This document shows positions 38,401 through 48,700 of a stretch of DNA of 52,420 nucleotides, one piece after another. Under the pieces are notes generated by a model. It was not told the origin of the DNA and did not search any database. It was given only the letters and a program-made list of their open reading frames with translations. This DNA comes from Octopus bimaculoides (Eukaryota). The position numbers were made by a program, and so were the translations under genes. Location: assembly GCF_001194135.2 (NCBI RefSeq), contig NC_069005.1, positions 12,922,210 through 12,974,629 on the forward strand, written 5' to 3'. Within the stretch, counting starts at the first letter, position 1. Each line of letters starts with the position of its first letter.

Positions 38401-40104
38401 ATCCAGCAGTAGAAACTCTGCCAGATNNNNNNNNNNNNNNNNNNNNNNNNNNNNNNNNNNNNNNNNNNNNNNNNNNNNNNNNNNNNNNNNNNNNNNNNNN
38501 NNNNNNNNNNNNNNNNNNNNNNNNNNATATATACAAGCACGATGGACTCCTTTCAGTTTCAGTGTACTAAATTCACTCACAGGGCTTTTGATGGTGTGGA
38601 ACTATAGTAGAAGAGACTTGCCCAAGGTACCATGCAGAACTGAACCTGAAATCACATCATTGGGAAGTGAACATTGTAACCATAAAACATCCGCGCACAC
38701 ACAATATCTATCCAGTGAAACTGCTTGGTTACCAGCCACAAGGTAGCTGCTCCAAATTGTAGGACATCGATTGTGGTGTATCCTTGAACAAGGTTCATAA
38801 CTTCTACTTGCTATAGTATACCTGCCAAACTAAACATCCTCAAACTGCAGTGCTATTGTTTATCATTGTTCGTCTGCCTTCCATGCTGGCATGGGTTGGA
38901 TGGTTGGAAGGCCTCCTACTAGTTGGTCCAGCTTGAAGAATCTATTTTTCCATTCTTTCTTGCAACATTCTAATCACACATTTGTAGAACCAGAGCTTTG
39001 ACCTTTCAATGTGGAGAAGTAGTGTCCCCGTTTTTAGAGTGAGCCTAAACATTGCCTTTAAGGATCCCCTTTTCTTCTCCAGTGTGCAAACCCCAGGCAG
39101 AGCAAGACAAGCAGTAAAAGGGGCACATCAAAGTATCTATTTAACCTCTACATCAGACACTTGTTCTAAATACTTGCAACAGAGTAAACTCCCTAAACCT
39201 TTATCTATCTTTATAAAGTAGTCATAAGTTAAGCTAACCCCATAGTGAATATCCTAATCAGGCAACCAACCACAATGTTGGTGGTTGCACTAGTAACCCC
39301 AAAACAAAGTGGTGTTATTAACCCAAATGTCTGATTAAGTCTACTATTCCAAAAATTTAAAGAATGCAGCATTAAAAAGCTAACAAGAAATAAAGAGGCA
39401 GTTAGAATTTCAAAAGCCAAAATGATATTTTCAGGGACTTATTTGAAGCAAGACAGACTGGCAGAGTCTTACCATGTCTGATAAGTTCACCAGCAGCAAT
39501 TCACTGTTTTTTTTCAATAAGATAGTCTTTGACTATTAATGGTGAGATACTATGGACATATTTTCTCGGTAAACTTTCCTCATGGTGAAGTTACTGTAAC
39601 CAAGTCTTACATAACTGTTTCTGATTTAAACACAAGGCCAGCAATGTTGAGGGAAGGAAGTTAGTTGATTATATTGATCCAGTACTTGACTGATATCTGA
39701 TGCATTAATTTATCGACCCTGGAAAGATTAAAGGCCAAGTTGGCCTTGTCAAGATTTGAACTCTGAACACAAAGAACCATAACTAAATGTCACAAGGCAT
39801 TTCATCCAATGCTCTGATAATTCTGCCAATCACAAATATTCATCTTAAATAGTAATTTCCATCATTTCTGCTCAATGTACCTTCATCATCAACATCATCA
39901 TCCTTTAACGTCCATTTCCCATGCTGGCATGGGTCAAACGGTTTGACCAGAGCTGACAGGCCAGATGACTGCACCAGACTTCACTGTCTGTTTTGGCATT
40001 ATTTTGGGGCAGGACGCCTTTCCTAACCCTAGACCCTTCCTAACACCACTTCTACTTACTTTGTGAATAAAATTTGGAAGACAGAAACTGTATGGAAGCC
40101 AATT

Positions 40105-40136
<32 letters not shown>

Positions 40137-41283
40137 ATGTGTGTGTTTATTTCCGTGTGCCTTCACACTAGCACCCCTTCAGCAGTGGTGATCTTCTCAT
40201 CTACCGTAAATAAACACGCTGAAGTACTTCAACATGTAAAGCCACACAATGAAAAGTACCTTACTTCATTACTTGGGAAACAAGACAGGGTCACCATGTC
40301 TGGAAGGGCATCCAGCCATAAAATACTGCCTTGAAAGAAGCTTCATCCCACCCATGCCACCACAGAAAATGCAGACATCAAGACAATGATGATAATGATG
40401 ATGATGATGGGGATGATGATGACTATGGTGGCGATGATGTTAATGATGATTATGGTGATGGTGGTGATGGTGTTGGTGGTGTTGGTGGTGGTGGTGGTGT
40501 TGGTGGTGATAGTGGTGATGATTATGATAATGATGATGACTACGATGACGAGTACGGTGGTGTTGATGATTATGATGATGATGACAATAACATTTCAAGG
40601 TTTTCCTGTATTTGTTTTTTATTTTTTCACAAATGAATTTCTTCCCCAATTTATTCTGTTTAATTAGTGTAAATTAATTACCTGTAGATGTTTGTAAATG
40701 AATTTTCTTTGTGATGACAAGCTTGGATGAGGATGAATCCTTCGAAGACAAACACTTGGTCGGAAGAACATCCTTGCTCTTGCCGGTACCAGCCTTACTG
40801 AGGTCTTTGGCTTTACTGTTATTGCTACCAAGCGATTTCCTTTCAGCATCCACATCACATTCCATCTTCTTCTCATTGTCATCATCATCATCATCATCAT
40901 CATCTTCTTCTTCTTCTTCTACATCGGCATCCGATACCTTTTCAAGATTTTCTGGTAACTGTCAAATAAAAGAAAAAAAAAATATATACATATACACTTG
41001 GGCTACAACCTTCCACCCACAATCCTGGGCCCCTCTGCTACCAGTCATAATCTACCCACTTCGTATCGTTAAGGCCCATCCTTCACACCTCATCATCAGT
41101 AGTAACTGTCAAATTTTAAAGATTATGTGGTAAGAAGCTTGCTTCCCAACCACATGGTTCTGAGTTCAGTCCCACTGTACAGCACCTTGGGCAAGTGTCT
41201 TCTACTATAGCCTCAGGCCAACCAAAGCCAGGTGAGTAAATTTGGAAGTTGGAAACTGAAAGAAGCCTGTCATATATACGTGT

Positions 41284-41320
<37 letters not shown>

Positions 41321-42908
41321 TCTCCCATCACCACTTGACAACCAGTGTTGATGTGTTTACATTCCCTTAACTTAGTAGTTCAGCAAAAGGGACCAACAGA
41401 ATAAGTACCAGGGTTAAAAAANNNNNNNNNNNNNNNNNNNNNNNNNNNNNNNNNNNNNNNNNNNNNNNNNNNNNNNNNNNNNNNNNNNNNNNNNNNNNNN
41501 NNNNNNNNNNNNNNNNNNNNNNNNNNNNNNNNNNNNNNNNNNNNNNNNNNNNNNNNNNNNNNNNNNNNNNNNNNNNNNNNNNNNNNNNNNNNNNNNNNNN
41601 NNNNNNNNNNNNNNNNNNNNNNNNNNNNNNNNNNNNNNNNNNNNNNNNNNNNNNNNNNNNNNNNNNNNNNNNNNNNNNNNNNNNNNNNNNNNNNNNNNNN
41701 NNNNNNNNNNNNNNNNNNNNNNNNNNNNNNNNNNNNNNNNNNNNNNNNNNNNNNNNNNNNNNNNNNNNNNNNNNNNNNNNNNNNNNNNNNNNNNNNNNNN
41801 NNNNNNNNNNNNNNNNNNNNNNNNNNNNNNNNNNNNNNNNNNNNNNNNNNNNNNNNNNNNNNNNNNNNNNNNNNNNNNNNNNNNNNNNNNNNNNNNNNNN
41901 NNNNNNNNNNNNNNNNNNNNNNNNNNNNNNNNNNNNNNNNNNNNNNNNNNNNNNNNNNNNNNNNNNNNNNNNNNNNNNNNNNNNNNNNNNNNNNNNNNNN
42001 NNNNNNNNNNNNNNNNNNNNNNNNNNNNNNNNNNNNNNNNNNNNNNNNNNNNNNNNNNNNNNNNNNNNNNNNNNNNNNNNNNNNNNNNNNNNNNNNNNNN
42101 NNNNNNNNNNNNNNNNNNNNNNNNNNNNNNNNNNNNNNNNNNNNNNNNNNNNNNNNNNNNNNNNNNNNNNNNNNNNNNNNNNNNNNNNNNNNNNNNNNNN
42201 NNNNNNNNNNNNNNNNNNNNNNNNNNNNNNNNNNNNNNNNNNNNNNNNNNNNNNNNNNNNNNNNNNNNNNNNNNNNNNNNNNNNNNNNNNNNNNNNNNNN
42301 NNNNNNNNNNNNNNNNNNNNNNNNNNNNNNNNNNNNNNNNNNNNNNNNNNNNNNNNNNNNNNNNNNNNNNNNNNNNNNNNNNNNNNNNNNNNNNNNNNNN
42401 NNNNNGCAGAGTTTCTACAGCTGGATGCCCTTCCTAACACCAACCACTCTGAGAGTGTAATGGGTGCTTTTATGTGCCACCGGCATGAGGGCCAGTCAGG
42501 CGGTACTGGCAACGGCTACGCTCAAATGGTGCTTTTTACATGCCACCTGCACAGGAGCCAGTCCTGTGGCACTGGCAATGACCTCACTCGAATGTTTTTT
42601 CACGTGCCAGTAAGGCGACGCTGGTAACAATCACACTCAAATGGTGCTTATATATATATATATCCGTATAAGAAAGAGAGATGACAAAAGATTATCTTAC
42701 GAATTTAATTAGCTTACAGCTGTTTCTATCATAAGAAACAGTGGATTCATAGTTGTGTGCCTGAAAAACACCTTACAGCTTCATAAGAGCTTTGTATATG
42801 AAGTGCAACTTATTTGGGAAAGAATTACATTTGTGCCCATATAGGGAATGATATCAACAATAAGAAAAGTCAATACAGATATATATAGGAAGAGTGTATG
42901 TCCAAAAG

Positions 42909-42948
<40 letters not shown>

Positions 42949-45611
42949 TGTGCTTGTCCTCTACCACTGATTGACAACTGGTGTTGGTGTGTTTACATCC
43001 CTGTAACTTAGCAGTTCAGCAAAAGAGACTGATAGAATAAGCACCAGGCTTAAAAAGAAAATAAGGACAGGGGTCGATTAGTTTGACAAAAATTATTTAA
43101 GGCAGTGCCCCAGCATGGCCGCAGTCTACTGACTGAAACCAGATAAAAAGATAAATGATAGTTACATGGTTAAAAAAATCTAACGTTAAATACTCACATC
43201 TACAGTAAACACTTTTGGAATCTTNNNNNNNNNNNNNNNNNNNNNNNNNNNNNNNNNNNNNNNNNNNNNNNNNNNNNNNNNNNNNNNNNNNNNNNNNNNN
43301 NNNNNNNNNNNNNNNNNNNNNNNNNNNNNNNNNNNNNNNNNNNNNNNNNNNNNNNNNNNNNNNNNNNNNNNNNNNNNNNNNNNNNNNNNNNNNNNNNNNN
43401 NNNNNNNNNNNNNNNNNNNNNNNNNNNNNNNNNNNNNNNNNNNNNNNNNNNNNNNNNNNNNNNNNNNNNNNNNNNNNNNNNNNNNNNNNNNNNNNNNNNN
43501 NNNNNNNNNNNNNNNNNNNNNNNNNNNNNNNNNNNNNNNNNNNNNNNNNNNNNNNNNNNNNNNNNNNNNNNNNNNNNNNNNNNNNNNNNNNNNNNNNNNN
43601 NNNNNNNNNNNNNNNNNNNNNNNNNNNNNNNNNNNNNNNNNNNNNNNNNNNNNNNNNNNNNNNNNNNNNNNNNNNNNNNNNNNNNNNNNNNNNNNNNNNN
43701 NNNNNNNNNNNNNNNNNNNNNNNNNNNNNNNNNNNNNNNNNNNNNNNNNNNNNNNNNNNNNNNNNNNTGTGTGTCTGTGTTTGTCGCCCCAGCATCACTT
43801 GACAACCGATGCTGGTGTGTTTACGTCCCCGTAACTTAGTGGTTCGGCAAAAGTAACTGATAGAATAAGTACTAGGCTTACAAAGAATAAGTCCTGGGGT
43901 CGATGTGCTCGACTAAAGGCAGTGCTCCAGCATGGCCACAGTCAAATGACTGAAACCAGTAAAAGAGTAAAGAGAGTAAGACCTTGTAACGAGCAGAGAG
44001 GATATCGATCTACCTATAGGTGCAGATGTAGGATTAAGAAGCTTGCTTCCCAACCATGTGTTTCTGGCTGCAGTCTCATTGCACGACACCTTGACCTAGT
44101 GTGTTCTGTGATAGCCCTGGGCTGACCAACTGCTAGTGAGTAGATTTAGTAGATGGAAACTGAGAGAAACCCAAGCAGTGCCGTTCATCTTCAACATTCT
44201 ACGAGGTGGTTGGCATTGGGAAGGACAACGAGCCATAAAAAGCATGCCAAAACAGACACTGGAGCTTGGTTCAGTCTTCCACCCAGCCAGCTCCTGTCAA
44301 ACTGTCTAACCCATGCCAGCATGGAAAGCAGACGTTAAATGATGATAATGATGATGATGATACACACGCACACACACACACACACTACATATATCTTTTA
44401 TCTTTTCCTTTACTTGTTTCAGTCATTAGACTGCGGCCATGCTGGGGCACTGCCTTGAAGAAGTTTTAGTCGTATGAATTGACCCCCAGCACTTACTTTG
44501 TGTCTTTTGAAACCTGGTCCCTTTTGCTGAACCGCTAAGTTATGGGGAAGTAAACACCACAGCAACACCAGCTATCAAGCAGTGGTAGAGGACACACACA
44601 CACACACACACATACATATATATGACAGGCTTCTTTCAGTTTTTGTCTACCAAATTCATTCACAAGGCTTTAGTAGCCCCAAAATTATTGTAGAAGACAC
44701 CTCCCAGGGGTGTCACACACTTGGACTGAACCCAGAACCATGTGGTTGGGAAGCAAGCTTCTCACCACACAGCCACAACTGTGCCTTTGTTTCAATTACT
44801 TCTTAAAATAATGAAGAATTTATTAAAATAACTTTCTCATTATTAAGCTGGAGTGAGGAACAAATTAGCATAAAATTTTGATGGAAGATTATAAGTAAGA
44901 TCACTTTAAGACAGTAAGTTTGTGTCATAGAACCAGCAGTGGTGGGCTCAGGTGGGTTGGTACTAAAAAGGGTTCATGAGCCAAGCCCCAAGTCAGCAGG
45001 CAAAGTACTGGAACAGATATAATCAACTAAAACCTGTGATACCCATACATGGGTACATGGCAAGATTAATCCCATGCCCTGGTTTAACATGACTACCTGA
45101 ATGATGGGTGCCTTTTAGGTGTCACCAACACAGTTACCTTCTACATGTCACCAGTATGGTGCCTTTTCCGTGTCACCACCACATAAAACAGAATAAAGTC
45201 CCTCAGATCAGGATCCCTTACTTGAGACATTCAAAAGAGACGGGTTTCGCGATATTCATCAGCTTCCGAAGTCGCTGCTCCTGAGGTCGCAGTTCCAACA
45301 AACGGCGCTTCAGCTTTAGTCGGGTTTTCGTATCCATCATCCCAGATTTGATTGAGTTCATGTAGGCGTCGAGGGCATCCAAGTCCTCGTTGCTTTCTGC
45401 TGCTTCCGCATCTGACCAAAAAGCAGAACAAGAACAACATCAGCAACGATATTAACAATAGTATTTAGACTTTATAGGAAACCGTAAATTGTTTTATCTC
45501 ACTTGTTAGTCATTGGAGTGTGACCATGCAGGAGCACCGCCTTCATTTCTAGGGTGAGACTGGGAGAGACTGGAGGTACATTATGAAGTGGTTACCTTTA
45601 AAATATCTGCT

Positions 45612-45646
<35 letters not shown>

Positions 45647-45651
45647 CTGAG

Positions 45652-45682
<31 letters not shown>

Positions 45683-45687
45683 CTGAG

Positions 45688-45726
<39 letters not shown>

Positions 45727-48700
45727 TGTGTATATAGTGCAAGTGTGTAGTGTGTGTATCTGTGTGCATGTGTGGATATGAATACTGTATTTGAACCCAT
45801 GACCTATTAGTATGTACTTGCATACCACATCCATGTAACCACATNNNNNNNNNNNNNNNNNNNNNNNNNNNNNNNNNNNNNNNNNNNNNNNNNNNNNNNN
45901 NNNNNNNNNNNNNNNNNNNNNNNNNNNNNNNNNNNNNNNNNNNNNNNNNNNNNNNNNNNNNNNNNNNNNNNNNNNNNNNNNNNNNNNNNNNNNNNNNNNN
46001 NNNNNNNNNNNNNNNNNNNNNNNNNNNNNNNNNNNNNNNNNNNNNNNNNNNNNNNNNNNNNNNNNNNNNNNNNNNNNNNNNNNNNNNNNNNNNNNNNNNN
46101 NNNNNNNNNNNNNNNNNNNNNNNNNNNNNNNNNNNNNGATTGGGTTAGGGGTTAAACAACAATAAATATACCAGGACTGATTCAATAAAAAAATAAAATG
46201 ACCCCCTACAAACCCCATAAAGTTAAAGGAGCACTCCGTCGGTTACGGCGACAAGGGTCCCAGCTGATACGATCAACGGAACAGCCTGCTCATGAAATTA
46301 ATGTGTAAGTGACTGAGCAATCCACAGACACGTGTACCCCTAATGAAGTTCTCAGGGAGACTCAGCGTGACACATAGCATGACAAGGCCGGCCCTTTGAA
46401 ATACAGGTACAACTCATCTTTGCCAGCTGAGTGGACTGGAGCAACGTGAAATAAAGTGTCTTGCTCAAGGACACAACGCGTCCCCGGGAATTGAACTCAT
46501 GACCTTACAATCTTGAGCCGAATGTCCTAACCACTAAGCCATGCACCTTCACCCATAAAGTTAGGCCCCATCTCATTCAGCAAAAGAAGAATTATATTAC
46601 CAGCTCTTGCTTTCTCTAATTTTTCTTCAATTTCTTGCATTTCTTGTAAGATTTCTGTATGTTTTTCTGACTGAAATTGTTCAGAAAAGAAATTGGATCA
46701 ATAAACATATACAAACATACATACAATGCGTATAATCATAAAAGAAAAAACATAAATATATATACAGAGTATTTCTTGTATTCTTTTATTCTTTTACTTG
46801 TTTCAGTCATTTGACTGTGGCCATGCTGCAGCACTGCATTTAGATGAGAAAATCGACCACAAGACTTATTCTTTGTAAGCCTCATACTTACTGAACTGCT
46901 AAGTTATGGGGATACAAACACACCAACATGGGTTGTCAAGTGATGGTGGGAGGATAGATACAGAAACACAAACATATGCATAATGTCAATGTGAAAAAAT
47001 GTCAATGTGAATACCCGTCAGAGTGTAAGTATCTTGAGAGAAAAGCTGAACATTAGAAGCATCAGTTGTGGCGTGCAAGAGAGACGATTGCGCTGGTATG
47101 GACATGTGGTGAGAATGGATGAGGATAGCTGCGTGAAAAAGTGCCACACCCTAACAGTTGAGGGAACCCGTGGAAGAGGTAGGCCCAGGAAGACCTGGGC
47201 TGAGGTGGTGAGGCAAGACCTTCGTACATTGGGCCTCACCGAGGCGATGACTACTGACCGAGACCTTTGGAAATGTGCTGTGCGTGAGAAGACCCGGCAA
47301 GCCAAGTAAGATCGTTNNNNNNNNNNNNNNNNNNNNNNNNNNNNNNNNNNNNNNNNNNNNNNNNNNNNNNNNNNNNNNNNNNNNNNNNNNNNNNNNNNNN
47401 NNNNNNNNNNNNNNNNNNNNNNNNNNNNNNNNNNNNNNNNNNNNNNNNNNNNNNNNNNNNNNNNNNNNNNNNNNNNNNNNNNNNNNNNNNNNNNNNNNNN
47501 NNNNNNNNNNNNNNNNNNNNNNNNNNNNNNNNNNNNNNNNNNNNNNNNNNNNNNNNNNNNNNNNNNNNNNNNNNNNNNNNNNNNNNNNNNNNNNNNNNNN
47601 NNNNNNNNNNNNNNNNNNNAAAAGCACCCACTACACTCTCTGAGTGGTTGGCGTTAGGAAGGGCATCCAGCTGTAGAAACTCTGCCAAATCAGACTGGAG
47701 CCTGGTGTTGCCATCCGGTTTCACCAGTCCTCAGTCAAATCGTCCAACCCATGCTAGCATGGAAAGCGGACGTTAAACGATGATGATGATGATGATGATA
47801 TATATATATATATATATATATGCTTCTTTCAGTTTCCGGCTACCAAATCCACTCACAAGGTTTTGGTTGGCTCGAAGCTATTGCAGAAGACACTTGCCCA
47901 AAGTGCCACACAGTGGGACTGAACCCAGAAACATGTGGTTGGGAAGCAAGCCTCTTAGCACACATCCACACCGTGTGTGTGTGTGTGCATGTAATTTAAT
48001 GCACAACTGAAAGAGCTACTCACAGCTTCGAGTTTTAATGATACTTTAACTCGGCATATTAGTAGATCTTTCAGTCGTGCAGTAAATCGGTATTTACCTC
48101 TCACTGGACCGAGCACTTCTATTGTAGATTCTATCTACTTTGGATCTATAAATTATACGTATATATGTGTGTCTAGGGAGAGAGAGAGAGGGACATGATA
48201 AGCTTCCATACAATTTGAACCAAGCAAATTCACTTACAAGTACCCAACGACACATACCATCATGGAGTGTGGGTATGAAAAAGAATGGAGATGATGCTGA
48301 TAATGATATCAAAAATAATGCCGTGAATAATGTTGTTATTAGAGTACATTCTAAGTTAAAAATCTTTCCCTTATCAACTTTAACTTTCATTTTACTGGTG
48401 TCAATAAATAAAGTGCCACAGAAGAGTACTGGCATCTCTGTTATACTTGTACATTATTTCTTGTTACTACATCACTTTTCCTTCTGCCAAGAATCTTTGC
48501 ACGTTGTTCTATTCTCCCATGGTTCAAAGAGCCACTGTAAGTCCTTAGCTTTTGCAAGTTGTGAGAGAATTATCTCTAGCACTAGTGATACAACAAAAAA
48601 AAGAGCACCCAATACACTCTGTAAAGTGGCTGGTGTTAGGATGAGCATGGAGCTGTGGAAACCATGACAAATTGATAACAAGTGCATGATCCAGTCCCCT

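Noticed and set aside
39468-39540. Consensus donor (ATG|gtaaga) as a candidate kanadaptin exon
   Set aside because: The only nearby acceptor gives phase 0, not the required phase 1, and the peptide is not kanadaptin-like.
40331-40667. D/G-rich and M/V-rich ORFs
   Set aside because: Degenerate (GAT/GGT)n tail following an RTE 3' fragment; antisense within an intron.
45231-45458. 75-aa track ORF
   Set aside because: It is an alternative frame over the real kanadaptin exon.
1823-47724. Long ORFs in the track filled with X
   Set aside because: They run through N gaps and have no real coding content.
47620-47800. Possible hammerhead ribozyme in the RTE 3' UTR
   Set aside because: No CUGAUGA...GAAA core with flanking stems was seen.
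48167-48667. 166-aa plus-strand ORF
   Set aside because: Antisense intronic, no recognisable domain, and its end overlaps degenerate RTE 3'-UTR sequence.
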